From contig NC_087436.1 of the NCBI RefSeq assembly GCF_036321535.1, positions 65,288,001 to 65,352,000 on the forward strand: a stretch of 64,000 bases of DNA, given 5' to 3'. The notes under the pieces are model-generated. The model was not told where the DNA came from. It did no database searches and saw nothing but the letters and a program-made list of their open reading frames with translations. Shown one piece after another: positions 37,561 through 51,195 of this stretch. The first letter of the stretch is position 1. Each line of letters begins with the position of its first letter. Origin of the DNA: Camelus dromedarius. Lineage: Eukaryota. Position numbers and translations under genes: made by a program.

Positions 37561-39874
37561 AAAAAATAGTTATTTATAATGTTTGGAGCCATTATTAAAT
37601 ACATACTTGTGATACTGTTATTACAAATACTGAACAATAGTAATAAAGAAATGAATACCACTTACCCATAAATAGAATGGTACTGAACTAAATCTTTTTC
37701 TCATATTACCTTATTTAAAGAAAGTTATAATTTATCATTACTTTAACTACAGTAGATGCATTGGGCATCTAGTATAAGTAGATACTTTAAGGAACTATTG
37801 ATCTGTAAGACGATATGTATGACTTCGCTCATAAATATCTCATGGTCCTGTGGGAATACATTTTATGTATGTATATAAGAATAAAAATTATATAACAGTT
37901 GTATATATTAGTTGAGTAAGGGATTTATAAAAGCATGCTAAGCATTAACTAAATGCTAAGTAATATAAAGACAAGCAAATATTAGGGAAATGGCACTAAG
38001 GACTATCGTGGTATGTCTGGGAAGACATGGAAAGAACCGGGGCTTTTTTAGCAGGCCTCGGAGTACGGCTAGGCTGGAACAGTTCGACAGCAGTGGGGGT
38101 ACTGTAAAAGCGTTTGATTAATGAACACACTATTATTTCAAGTATGACACTATCATTTTACATGAAAATGAAAAACCATACAGTACCTGCAAGTGGGAAT
38201 TTTATTTTACGTGCTTTCCGACAGATGGCCTAAGTTACGTGATAGTGATCTTAAATCAGAATTTGCAAACTCTAATTTCCGTTTGTAATAGATTTCCTTA
38301 TAGAGAATGATTTTTCATTTTGGGAATTTTTGTTTGCTTACTAAACAACAAAAAACAAAAAAGGATAGGATGGTTTTGGAAAACAAATCATGCCTTCTAG
38401 CCAAATGGACTCAAGTAATTAGAGAGGATTGAGTGCAGGAAAAAGGTTAACTTTTTTTTTTAAATCAAATATAAATGTGATAGTAAACATTTTAGGAAGC
38501 AGAAATATTTATCTGTTTTATTTGTAATAAAAATAAAGGAAAATATTTTGGATTTTTATGACTCTTCTTTTTAACTAGTCATATTTAGGCTCATTAAAGT
38601 GACCGTTCTCTTTAATTGTGGATATAAAACTCATGAAATAATTTATCGTTTGTAGTTACTGTGGAGGAAATAGATATAGGAAGTGCATGTAGCAACTTTC
38701 TTTCTAAAGCTCTCTTAATCCAGTTGTATTATCCTAGCTATGATATAATTGCATAAAGCTTTTGATTTGTTGTTGCTAGACTTTATTTTTCATTCTAATG
38801 ATTAGCTCTTACAAGTAGACCATATTTTAATAGTTATCATGAAAAACATAATTATCGTTGTTAAAACATTGAAGGTACTCCATATTCTCTCAGTTATTTA
38901 CAGTTGTCTTTCTAAAAGAGGACAGAAATTACAAAAGAAAACTATTTCTAAATTTATTTTCTAAATGAATTCAAATTAGTTTTCAAGTGTTTAAAATATT
39001 CCTTATTTTATTATTCATTTAGTATATGTTGTATTATTCATGTGGCTTTGATTCCCCTTTGCAAGAAAAATATTCTGAAAGCATTTCACAGCACTTTATC
39101 GAATTCTGAAGAAAGTTACAACTAAGTGATTATAACTAAGTAAAATGTATTTTAACTGACAGATGAATGAATGTTACATGACCTATTTAATCACAACTAT
39201 TAATATGGAAACTTTGGGGACAAGTTGAAGTAAATAAACAAGTGTTCAGGTTATTCCTCATTCAACATATTTATTCCCACGTATTCATAATCGGAGGAGC
39301 TGGCCAGACAACTGCTTTCAGCAGTTTCAGCAGTTTAGCCTTTAGCTTTTTTAAGATTACTCTCAACACATTGCATTAATTCCCTAGAGTTAAATATTAA
39401 GTAAATCTACTCCTACCCTTTAAGAGAAGTATACTCTTTATTTAGTTTGCTGGGAAAAACATGCAGTGAAATCAGGTGTTATAACAATCATTTTTAAAGT
39501 TGAAATGTGCAGCCAATTAAACAACTCTGTTGTGTTTTCATGTCACCTCTTATCACAATAGCACATTTTCAGTTTTCTGTTGTTAATACTATGGAAGATT
39601 TTAAATTGCATGCTATAACATCTTAGAACATTACTGCAGGGAATGTTCAAGTGCTCTTTTAAATTTAATACATACCAAAGAAAATAAATAAAACCGAATT
39701 AAAACCTGAAGAACCTGGACCACTATTTTAGAATTTAATAAGAATTGCTTATGAGAAGCTGACACTGGAGAATTCTGAAAAATATATACATTTTTAAAGA
39801 GTATAAATACATCTGAGGTGTTGTGAACTTATACTACACAACTAAGACTTCCTGTAAACTCAGATTCTCACTTA

Positions 39875-40425
39875 TTTTTTATTTTTTAAAATTGTGGTAA
39901 AAAAACACATAACATAAAATTTACCGTCTTAACCATTTCTAAGTCTGCAGTCCAGCAATGTTAATTATATGCACATCATTGTGCAATCATTTTCCAAAAC
40001 ATTTTTATGTTGCAAAACTGAAACTCTATATCTGTTAAACAACTTTGCCCTCCCCTTAGTTCCTTGCAACCACCATTCTACTTACTCTCTGTTTCTATGA
40101 AGTTGACTTCTCTATATATCTCATATAGACAGTCATATGATATTTGTCTTTTTGTGACTGGATTAATTCACTTAGCATTACACCTTCTAGTTTCATCCAT
40201 GCTGTATCATTTCTCAGAATTTCCTTCCATTCTAAGGCTTACTAATATTCCATTATATGCACGTACCACATTTGTTTATCCGTTCATCCATCAATGGACA
40301 TTTAGTCACTTCCACCTCTTACCTACTGTGAATGGTGCTTCCATGAATACGGAAATGCATATATCTCTTCAAGACCCTGTTTTCAATTCTTTTGGATATA
40401 TATTCAGAAGTAGAATTGCTGGCTA
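39875..40425 (-). mobile_element. L1MB-like 3' end
   Basis: attgtggtaaaaaaacacataacataaaatttaccgtcttaaccattt...aaaactgaaactctata...ctcttcaagaccctgttttcaattcttttggatatat. Confidence 0.9.
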
Positions 40426-42077
40426 TATTCTTTATTTTAAAATTTTGATACTTGGCCACATCTACTATAGATGAGATTTCACTTTGGCACCATATTTAAT
40501 TTACCAAAAAAAAGACCATAGTACCATAATTTATCATAACTATTAATTAAATTACAATTTGAGGGAATATAGGCTGGTAAAATATTATTTTTTATTTATT
40601 TTAAAATTTATTGTATTCATCAGCAATTATTTGTTAAAGTACTATTAAATTCCTTTTCACAAACATAGATATAAAATGACTAAACCGTAACACACATGAA
40701 CTATGGTGGGTTGATGGGAGGGAAGTTTAATGGTATCAAACAGAAAGAAATTTGTGCTATTTAATATAGAGATTGTTTTATTATGGGATGCTAACAAAAA
40801 TGTCATTCAAAGATGAGATAATATTAGTATATCCAATCATTCAAATGCCATGAAGAAAGGTAACATATCAGCAAACATATATCAGATAAAGAATGTTCAT
40901 ATTAGAGTTAAAAGTCATTGCCAGTTTAACAAATCAAGTTGTTGGACAGGAATTTGGGGGATTTTTTTCTGGAGAAATAAGTGATAGAGATTCTACTTAA
41001 AAGAATTTGAACATTTTCGGGTTCAAAGACAAAGACTTCCACATTTAACAAACAGGAGCTTATTTATTTCCATATGATAAAAACAAAAACAAACAAACAA
41101 AAAACAGCTTTAACATAGAAAAGTATCATCTGAACTTAGAAGAAAATAAATATAGAGTGGAGTGAAATGACGTTGTTGTATATCTTGATCCTAGAAAAAT
41201 ATTTGGTCATTTCCCATTTATGCGACTGGTGCCTTCTTTATACTTGCAGTGCAATGCCTGATTTATTTCCGTTTTTGTGAAAGTAAATCAGTTGTGAACT
41301 TTGACTATTATAAACAATATTAAGATCTGTTGTGTTCCTTTTTTCTGATAGCATACAGAGTTTACAAAAATTGAACATGTAGTGTTTATGTACATGGTTT
41401 GGGAAATATCACTTTGTATAGCAACTACTTTTACTTGCAGTTAATGTATCTGTCAGAGAGCCTGTCCAGTGAAACTGTCTTAAATGAAGCAGCATAGTTA
41501 TGAGTATCTATTAACAAAGACATTATTTCTGCCACAAGAGGGGCCATAAGTGAGAGAACAGCTCTTAAAGACAGTCACTTGTATCTACGGAACTTAGCTG
41601 TAGGTTGAGGTTAAAGCCCTCTGTTTCAGTCCATAAATCAATAGATCTTATTTCCTGAAATACTCTCTGAAAAAGAAAAATCTCACTAGAATGGCATGGA
41701 AAAAACTGTGTGTGCAACATCTGAATGTTGACTAAGCCTGCTTTCTTTAAGATATAATGGAAGGTAGCAGAGGAAAAACAGTAACAAACTTTGATTTCTA
41801 TTGCTTGGTGTACTGAAACATCTGTGTCATTACTTAAGAAATCAGAGTTGATTTAGGAAAGAAAAGAGGGCCATGTCTGATTGGGTATGCCCTAAGATAA
41901 TATTGTGCAGGGTAGGCAAAGTTATAGTTCAAGTTTTCATTCATTCAGTTATTCATTTGTTTACTTATTAAACTATATGTAATCATCTCATTTAAAATAG
42001 TTATTTTCAATTAATCAATTTTTGGTAGTCACTTAAGTATCATGCCTTAATTAGTACCTTCAAATAGAGTTTCCTAG

Positions 42078-42289
42078 AGTTCCATGGCAATAGAATTCTC
42101 TGTGATGATAGAAACCTTCTATATCTGTGCTGTCAGATGTGGTAAGTAGTAGTCTTGTGTGGCTATTGATCATTTGAGATTTGGGTAATATAACTGAGGA
42201 ACTTAATTATAACTTTTATTTACTTTTAATTAAAATTTAAATTTATAAAGCCATATTTGGGTAGTGGCTTCTCTATTGGTCAACAAAGA
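42078..42289 (+). mobile_element. second MER3-type DNA transposon
   Basis: caatagaattctctgtgatgatagaaaccttctatatctgtgctgtc...actgaggaact; similar to the 11735-11942 copy. Confidence 0.82.
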
Positions 42290-44849
42290 TCTAGGCAAAG
42301 AGGTTTACACATATACTGGATAAAATTGTTTTTATTCATCCACTTGATCAGAATTAGGGATGAGGGCTTGCTTTAGCACAGCTTTGTTTTTTATAATATT
42401 TTTAAAGTCTGAATTGCTGTCCACCTGATAGAAAAGAAAGAAGTTAAATAGAAATGAGTTTTCTTTTTACTTTATATTCTTACAGGGTTAAATGATCAGC
42501 CTTTTGTGTTGCCCATTACTCTGAATATAACCAATAATCAAAGAAAAAAGGCAGTAATAAATGCTAAAAATATGACCAAAACCAAAAACTACATTATTCT
42601 GAGATCTACATTTCCTTGTGTTTTTCTTAGAGGTTGATGTTGCTCTTTCATTCTTGGTTATGTGCCCTCCGTACTTTAATATAATTTTCATACAAGGGGT
42701 CTCAATGGAGAATCCCTTTTATGACCACCATGTTTTCTTCTGTTATCTTCTCTGCTTTCTCTTGTAGATCATTCATAACTACTTAAGAGTCAAAATTCTA
42801 AAAGCTTCTCATTCCTCTTCATGAGTGTCAGTTCCCTGCTTTGGACTTGCTCCTGTCATTCATCAGCAGTCTAGAATTTATATATCCACTTCTCCAGGTT
42901 CACCATCCCACTCTATGATGACTTGTCAGGACCGGTTCATTTTTAAAGACATCAGCTCTATTTCAGCCTCTTACTGACTCTCTTAAATATATGTATCTAT
43001 TCTCACATCTGATTTTATCAAATCAAGTGATAACAATGTCCCCAATCTACTTTAATAAAGTCAGAGGAAATTTAACCTTGATTGGATAAGAAGGAATACA
43101 ATATAATAAGTGGCAAAAATTAAGTCTGAATGATTTCTTCAGTTCAATTGGTAAAGTAGAAAAATATCTAGAATTGGAATCAAAATAGCAGTGTTTCAGT
43201 TTCTTTTCATCCACACCAGGAGACTCACTTACCAAAGGGGAAGTAAGAAAATTTTATCAGTTAACTATATTTTGGTGAGTAAGTCACAGTGAAGACGTGC
43301 TGAGAGAGGAATCATTATTACATTTTGCTTCTTTATCAGGTTTGAGAGCTTTGATGATATATGGCAGAGAAGTTTCATCTATTTCCTTTACGTGGCAAAT
43401 AGGTAATTCTCCTAGAATGCAACCTATAACCTCTTGATCATCTACGGCACTTCTGAATAACAAGTATTATACTTTTGCAAATCAGTAGCTACAAGTACTC
43501 CTGCCAAAGTCACCTTGCGTATACACAGTACATTCCAACATCAGACTGATGACCATGCTTGTTAACAGAGAGCTTTATTTTGGCATGAATCAGATGAATA
43601 TACCCATTCACAAGGCTTTCATAATTATATAAAAACAACAGGAATTAACCTATAAAAATTCAAAAAGTGACTATGGTCATGATAGTTAAGAAGGGAATGG
43701 GGGCTTAATGAAATACTGATAAACATACATTTTTATAAATGAATAGTCCTATTTAAGATTTCATTATGCATTAAAATTCCATTTTATCCCATTTTCAGAG
43801 TCATGTAACTTGGGTCATTGTTGAAACCACAGTAGAATAACTGAATCCTATTGTATAATGTATAATATTAACCTAAGTAATTCTAAATTCTATATTCATC
43901 ATAGTATAGTATGATAGTATATCATATACATAGTATAGTATATAAAATTCCTTGATTTTTTTTTCCTTTGTTGCAAGTCAGTACTTTTTATTTCTTAAAA
44001 ATCAGCATTTGTGGGAAATGCTTAGGTTATATACATATGAAGAAACTGTTCTACAGCCATATATTACTTTGTTTTGTTTTAATTTTTTTTCTTTGTATTT
44101 ATCTATGTGAGACCAACAACAAAGTAAGGAAACAAAAGGCAATCAATTAAAATCTTATTATGAATTATCTATGTACTCTGGAGATTCTCTGAGTTAAAAC
44201 ATTTAACTCAAGAGAACTGTACTTTTGATTTTTTTTTGAAGGTTGCTGTGAATGTTATCAACAAAAATCAGAAGGAAGAAAAAGCTCCAAGCTGGTGTGA
44301 TTATAACACACCATCAGTGAAAGTCAAGTTTCCCATCCTTGACTGCCAAAGGTGTAAATGAGCATCTGAGGCTAGTGCTAATTACAGCAATCTAAAGACA
44401 GAAACTGCTGTTCTTAAGTCTAGGAAGCAAAGTGAGATCCAACATTGATTTCCAAAGTGTGTAATTTTAGAACTCCTTCCTGCGATACTGTGTGTTTGAT
44501 CTTTCTAATGATGGTTCACATTTTAATCACCCATCTAAAGCATTTTTATTTAAAACTGTTCTTAAAAGCTTTATAAATACCAATTTGTAATTACTGTCAA
44601 TGTAAAGATATTTTTAATTATTAATGTCCTTTGGTATGGTATCTGATGATCTATGTTAACTGGATGTTCAGAATAATTTCACTGATAACCCTTTCAGAAA
44701 TTAAAATAATGAAAAGAGCCCATAATAATTTGGGCAGTGATGAGCTAAGTTGCAGATATGGATGATTGCTTTGGATTTTGAGGGTGAGGAATTGGCATTG
44801 TTGAAGTGTATAAGTGCTTTTTTTCCCCCTATCTTCTATCTCTGACAAG

Positions 44850-45070
44850 TAGAGGAAGCAGTGTGCTGTAGTATGATAGAGCAAAATGTGGGTTCATAAA
44901 GTGAAGTCCCTGAATAAGTTATCCCTTTTGAACCTGAGTTTTCTATAGTAAATAAAGACAAGATTTTTTTAATGGAGTTATTATGAGGACGAAATGAATT
45001 GTATATGCACAGTATTGAGAAAAAATTCCTCACATGTAATAATTCCTTATTAATTTTATTGTAGTCATTG
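44850..45070 (+). mobile_element. MIR SINE
   Basis: gaggaagcagtgtgctgtagt head; aagttatcccttttgaacctgagttttct...gtaaa core; ttattatgaggacgaaatga. Confidence 0.7.
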
Positions 45071-45599
45071 CACCTTTGATAGTTCTCTCTATACTGACTT
45101 ATTCTCTACTTAAAATCAAGTTAATTTTCCCTGTCCTAAAACCATGTCCTATTGATGCCACGACCTATAAGATGTCTCATCCTCTCCTTTGTCCTTTTAC
45201 AAACTTCATAATAAAATAATTTATGGTTGTTATCGCCAATTACAGTAGATCCCATACACTTTTGCATATCCATATAATTGTATTTGTAGATATGGGCTTA
45301 CAATATCTTTAAACTTTTTGTCCTGATTCTCTTTACTTAATTGTTTGCTTGAACATCTTTACAGACTGGCAGATTTAGAATTGCATTATCATTATTCGTG
45401 GCTACATAGTTATAGAACCATAATAGTACTTTAGTGAACTTGCTACATTTTTTCCTGTTTTTGATATATGTTGTTTCCCTATTAGAAAAGAAGTGTGAAT
45501 CAGAAGCTCTAAATCTACACTGCTAGAGTGCAACTCTTGGTCCTGCTACTTAATAATTAGGTAATCTTGGATAAACAACTTATTTGTTATAAGCAGAAT

Positions 45600-48010
45600 G
45601 TTGTTAATGGACACCACAATGAAAAACCTTGTTACCTCACACCATTTTTAGACGTAAGTCAGTTCTCACTTCTAGAAGCCATAATATAAAGGATAGGTCA
45701 GTCCCCAAGAGGAAGGACTCTGAAATACCACTGCAGTTATATACAGTACATATATCCTATTCCTCCCATGATTGTACAATGGGAAAAGAGGAATACCCAG
45801 ATTAGATACAGAGGTTGGAAATCTATTCTGAACTGACACTGCTATCAAGGGACAAGAAAAGCCATTTTAGTCCCCTGTGAGTACATAGGTGGTTAGAGAC
45901 TGGGTGATAAATTAAATCTTGAACTGATTTTGTCTTATGAAGGTTATTTTCCCTCTTCAAGAGTGCATATTAGGCATGGATATTCTTAGCAACTTAGAAT
46001 CCTCCCATAAATTCCTGACCTGAAGAACAAAGAGCCACTGCAGTTGGAGAGGCTAAGTTCCTTTTTAATTCACTGTTCTTACTGCTGCAAATGCCAGTAA
46101 ATCATGGTGGATATTATTGAACAACAACAGCATACCAAGTAAAAGAGGATCAAAAGCTGTTCACATGCACCTGAAATAAAGAGTAGTGTACATGTATATA
46201 TTTACATTTTGCCAAAAGGGTAAGCTACATTCCTTGCTTTCTATCACAATCTATTTCAAAGGAAACTTAATTGTCTTGACATTTACCAAGAACATTACAC
46301 TGATCTAGTAGACTGTTGGCAGAAAATGGCAAGTACTCTGGATATTCTGGAAATGAAAAGATCTTTCATTTTTAATGAAAACTTAAGTGAGATCTTGTCT
46401 CTAAGGTAAAGAACAAACACCTTTCCTAACTCCAGAAGAGAAGGACAGCTTCTGTTAGGCCTCTCAGGGCTTGGAGACCAATTTCTACTCTACTTAAAGG
46501 CCCAGATCATGTATTGGGTATGTTAGTTTCCTGTTGCTCCTGTAGTAAATTACTAAAACCTTAGTGGCTGAAAACAGCACACATTTTTTATCTTCTTGTC
46601 AGTGGTCCAAATCATTCCCACTGGATTAAAATCAAGGTGTCGGAAGAGCCATTCCTTTAGACCTCCTGAGGGAAGAACTTGTATCCTTGTCTTTTCTCAG
46701 GTTTTCAAGTCCTCCTGCTTCTGACATATTCCTGGCCTTATTCCGACCTCTTGATCTCATCACCACAACTTCTACTGAGTTGGATCATCCTGCCTCTATT
46801 GTATAAAGCCTCTGTGATCATCTCTCTCTACCTAGTTAATCTGTAGTAATCTCATTTTAAGATCTTAACTTGAAGGATCTGCAGAGTTCCTCTTGGCTTT
46901 TAATGCAACATAATCACAGGTCTGAAAGCTTAGGACATGGACATCTTTGGGGGGCCTTTATTCAGCTTACCACAGTGGGTAACTCAGAGAGCTGCCATTT
47001 TTGATGGAACTCAGAGGAGAGGGCACTGAAAATGTGCTACTTCAGTACAAGCTGCTCTGTCATTTGTGAGGTGTTATCCAGCAGACCCCTGCCACAATGG
47101 TAGTTTTAAGAGACTAATTTCTGAAGCATGACAGGATATTCCCCATGAATTAAAAGGCTAGTTAATACACCTAGCGGCCACTACCCATGAGAAAGATTCA
47201 CAGTGATTATTACAAATCTCTGAATTTTGGAGCAGCATTTACCCGACTGTATTACTTATTTGTTGAGTAACTCAGATTGAAGCATAGTCCTGAGCAGGAG
47301 AGGTTTCTGAATAAGTCCTTAGTGTTATAAATCAAGGCCATGCTCTCTACATCAAGCTGTTTTTTAAAATGTCGCTCCTGGTATACTACTGAAATCTACG
47401 TGACACTGAGCATCTGATCATGAAACAATAACTGCCCATCCTTAACTGGCTATTATCAAGTCTACAAAACATAAGTTTGGGTGGGTGGAGAAGCAATCCA
47501 CCACTGGATGGGAGTGACATATTTTTGATTGAGGCCCAGATGGTCCAAATGGCATGAATAAATTACTTGTACAGATGGCACCAATGTTCATGTCACCTAT
47601 GTCTGTTGCACTGGTGCCTGTCCTTTAATTTATACCTATTTTCTCCCAGGTAGTTCCCAATGTCTTACTGAATAAAAAAACCAAAACAAGTAGGGTTTTG
47701 GTTCAAAGATAGATTCAAACAATCTATGATTTCCTGGCTGAAAATGAAATGGCTGCCACATATAACCCACATAAGAGTGGTCCTGAAGTGTAAATATAAG
47801 TGAAGAAAGTTGTAAGGATATACTAGGATACTCACTTTGTAAGGAGGAAATGGGACCTGAGTCAAAGAAACACACATGCTTCCTGGACAGTAGAGGATGG
47901 CCTGAATAGTTGTCCAGGAACCTTGAGAAAACAGCATTAGAAGATCACAAAAAATGAGTTAGAGGAGTGTCCTAAAGGAGTGAGCACTAAACACATGGAT
48001 TCATAGAAGC
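45600..48010 (+). mobile_element. decayed ERVL internal remnant (gag end, protease, RT, RNase H), no LTRs seen
   Basis: tgggaaaagaggaatacccag...tctgaactgacactg (WGKGNTQ..SELTL protease); ccttgctttctatcacaatct..aacattacactgatc (RT); ctgcccatccttaactgg..cataagtttggg (LPI.NW..HKVG); ttttggttcaaagatagattc (WFTDGS-equivalent). Confidence 0.8.
46519..46974 (-). mobile_element. MaLR solo LTR (MLT1C/D-like) nested in the ERVL
   Basis: ttagtttcctgttgct..tgta..aaattac...cttagtggct..aaacagcacac start; ggacatggacatctttggggggcc.ttattcagc.taccaca end; 5-bp flanks ttggg / gtggg. Confidence 0.88.
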
Positions 48011-48569
48011 TGTCATTGTGTTGGGGAGAAATATCTAATATTTAGTAAAGTACAGTGGTCTCATTTCTGATGATCTTCCTGGGTCCAACTTTAGACCTGG
48101 ATACACACCTCTGCAAGTGGGCTAAAGAAACTGTATTGTAAATTTTCTACATCAAAGAATGGTGAGCTTTGCATGGCTCAGTGTTTGTGAACTACTGCTT
48201 TATGTGATGCAATTTATTGATCAGTTCCTATCCTAACTGCAATCTTTAGGAGAGATTTTAATCGTAGATATTCATAGGGCTCCACTTTCTTAACTCTGAT
48301 GGTGAGAATTGTTAGCAGTACACTAGATGATATTCAAATAATAGAAACTAAGTTGGGACTGTTACCACTTAACTTGAGAAATGTACCTCTCTTAATATAG
48401 GTGGGCATAAGTGCATTGTTTTAATAGCTTTACTAACTATAATTAATACAACATAAAATTCATTAATTTAATATGTACAATTCAATGGCATTTTAGTATA
48501 CACACAAAGTTTTGTAACACAATCTAGTTTTAAAACATTCTAATTACCCCAGATACACTTTAGCCAAGA

Positions 48570-49030
48570 GATAAAGATGAACATAACCAGTGATAAACCA
48601 AATCACATTGTTATTGTAGAGCCCCCTGAGAAGGGCACATCGTCTCTGTAATGTCCTTGCCAATAATGCATTACTCAACATAGTCATGAGAAAACATCAG
48701 AAAAATACAAATTGGGATATTCTACAAAATAACTGGCCAGTTACTCTGGAAAATTGTCTAAGTAATAAATATAAGGGAAGACTGAAGAACTGTTACCGAC
48801 TGAAGGACAACTAAATTCAATGGGGTATCCTGGATTATCAGAGAAAAAAAAGAAATTAGTGGAAAATGCATAAAAATCTGAATTAGTTCTGTACTTTTCA
48901 TTGAAAATAGTGCACTGATGTTAATTTCTTAGCTTTGCTATATGTTCTGTACTTACGTAAGACATTTTTGTTGTTGTTGACTTGAAGAGAAGTTGAATGA
49001 AGGGTGTATTAGAAATTTCTGTACTATTTT
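48570..49030 (+). mobile_element. L1MC-like 3' UTR fragment
   Basis: catgagaaaacatcagaaaaatacaaattg...attctacaaaataactggcc; atgttaatttcttagcttt. Confidence 0.75.
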
Positions 49031-50321
49031 TAACAGCTTTATTGAGATAAGATTCACATAACCATACAATTAAACCACTTAAAGTATATAACATATGAGG
49101 GCTACACTGTCACCACATCCTTACCAGCAGTTGTTATTGCAGTCTTTTTTATTTTAACCATCCAAGTGAGTGTGGCATTTTATCCTGGGTTGGGTTTGCA
49201 TTTCCCTAGTGACTAATGATTTGAGTGTCTCTTCATATGCTTGCTGGCCAGTTGCATATCTTCTTTGGAGAAATGTCTATACAAATCCTTCTTCCATTAT
49301 TAAGTTAGGAGTTATTTATTATACTCCAGATATTATTCCCTTATCTAATACATACTTTGCATTTTTTTCCATTCTGTGGGCTATCTTTTCATTTTCTTGA
49401 TGGTGTCCATTGGATCACAAAAGTTTTAAAATTTAGTAAAGCCCAATTTATCTATTAGTTTTCATTTGTTTCTTGTGGTCTGGTGTTGAATCAAGGTAAC
49501 CACTGCCTAATTAAAAATCAGGAAGGATTATTCCTATATTTTCTTCTAAGAGTTTTATAGTTTTAGCTGTTTCATTTCGGTCTGATCCATTCTGGGTTAA
49601 TTTTTTTGTATGATGTGATGTAACTAACATCTTCAGTATTAGTCAGTGTGGAATAGAAATGATAAAAGTATTTATCTTTTTTAAATTCCTCATCTTAGGA
49701 AGAAAGTATTGAGTTCCACTATTAAGTATGATGTTAGCTATAATTTTATTGCAGAGTCCCTTCATCATGTTGAGGAAATTTCCTTCTTTTGATAGTATAT
49801 TTAACATTTTCATCATGAAAGCGTTTTGGGCTTTGTTATTAAATGCCTTTTCTGTCTGTTTAGTGGATCGTGTGTTTTTTGTCTTTCATTCTGTTAATAT
49901 GGTACATTGTTGATTTTTGGAAGTTGGAAAACAACTTTGCATTTCTTAGCTGAATCACTTTTCATCATGATGTATAATGCTTTTTATAAGATACTGGATT
50001 CAGTTTGTTAGTATTTTGTTGAGAATTTTTACATCTATATTTACAGTGAATACAGTTTTATTTTCTTGTGCTGTCTTTGTCAGGTTTTGGTATCAAGGTA
50101 GTGCTTGCCTCATCAAATGAGTTGGGAAATATCCCCTCTTCTTCTAATTTTGAAAGAGTTTATAAAGGATTAGTTTTAATTCTTTACATATAATTTACCA
50201 GACATTTATGAAACCATCTGGGTCTGGGCTTTTTTGAGAGAAATTAATTACTAATCCTATCTGTTTAATTGCCATATTCAGATTTTCTATTTTTTTCTTA
50301 TGCCAATTTTAGTAGTTTTAA

Positions 50322-50550
50322 GTGGGCAAAATAATAGCCCCCTAAAAGTGCCCATGTCCTGATAGCTGGGACATGGTAAAAGGAAATTGCCGATATGATT
50401 AAGTTGGGAACCTAGAGCTGGGGAAATTTTCCCAGGATTATCCACGTGGGCCTAAGGTAACTAAAGAGTGTTTATTAGGGAAAAGAGACAAGAAAATTAG
50501 AAGAGATATGATGATAGAACCAGGAGTCACAGAGAAAGACTGAAAGATGT
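50322..50550 (+). mobile_element. MLT1D-like LTR 5' fragment
   Basis: gtgggcaaaataatagccccctaaaag.gcccatgtcct.at...ggattatcca.gtgggcctaa.gtaa. Confidence 0.78.
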
Positions 50551-51035
50551 GTTAATTTTCACATACTTGTGAATTTTTAAAATCTTATTTTGTTATTAAT
50601 TTCTAATTTACATTGTAGTAGGATAATGTACTTTTATAATTTCAATGTTTTAAAATTTACTGAAGATTTTTTCTTTTCTTTCTTTTTTTTCTTTTTTTGG
50701 TTTGGAATGTTTATCCTGTAGAAAATTTCATGCGTGTGTGTTTGAGAAGTTTCATGTGTATTTTATTTTGTTGGGTGAAGTGTTCTATACATGACTGTTA
50801 AATCTAGTTAGTTAATAGTATTGTTCAAGTCTTCTTTATCCTTCATGATATACCTGGCATTCTATCAGTTATTGAAAGTGGCATATTAAAGTATTGTTGA
50901 ATTTCCTATTTTTTAACTTCAAATTTAGTTTATCTTTATATAATTTCTCCATTGTCTGGTGCATATGTTAGAATTGTTATGTCTTCCCAATGGACTACCC
51001 CTTTTATCAGCAGATTTATTTTTGATCACCAATTA

Positions 51036-51195
51036 ATATTTTTTATTCTTTTTTTTTTACATTTTTTTTGAGGGGAGAGATAATTAGGTTTATTTACTTT
51101 ATTTATTTATTCTTTTTAGAGGAGGTACTGGGGTTGAACCCAAGACCTCATGCGTGCTGAGCATACGCTCTACCACTTGAGCTATACCCTCCTCC
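51036..51195 (-). mobile_element. full-length tRNA-derived SINE, camelid Vic-1 type
   Basis: Minus strand ggagggtatagctcaagtggtagagcgtatgctcagcacgcatgaggtcttgggttcaaccccagtacctcc with Pol III A and B boxes, then AT-rich tail and poly(A). TSD caccaatta at 51027-51035 and 51196-51204. Confidence 0.88.

Noticed and set aside
44242..44361. Acceptor followed by a 39-codon open frame and a tggtgtg/cacacca hairpin
   Set aside because: Peptide unrecognised and the 7-bp stem is within chance expectation.
51120..51192. Functional tRNA gene
   Set aside because: SINE-type tail, poly(A) and TSD are present and the acceptor stem is not convincing; it is a SINE head.
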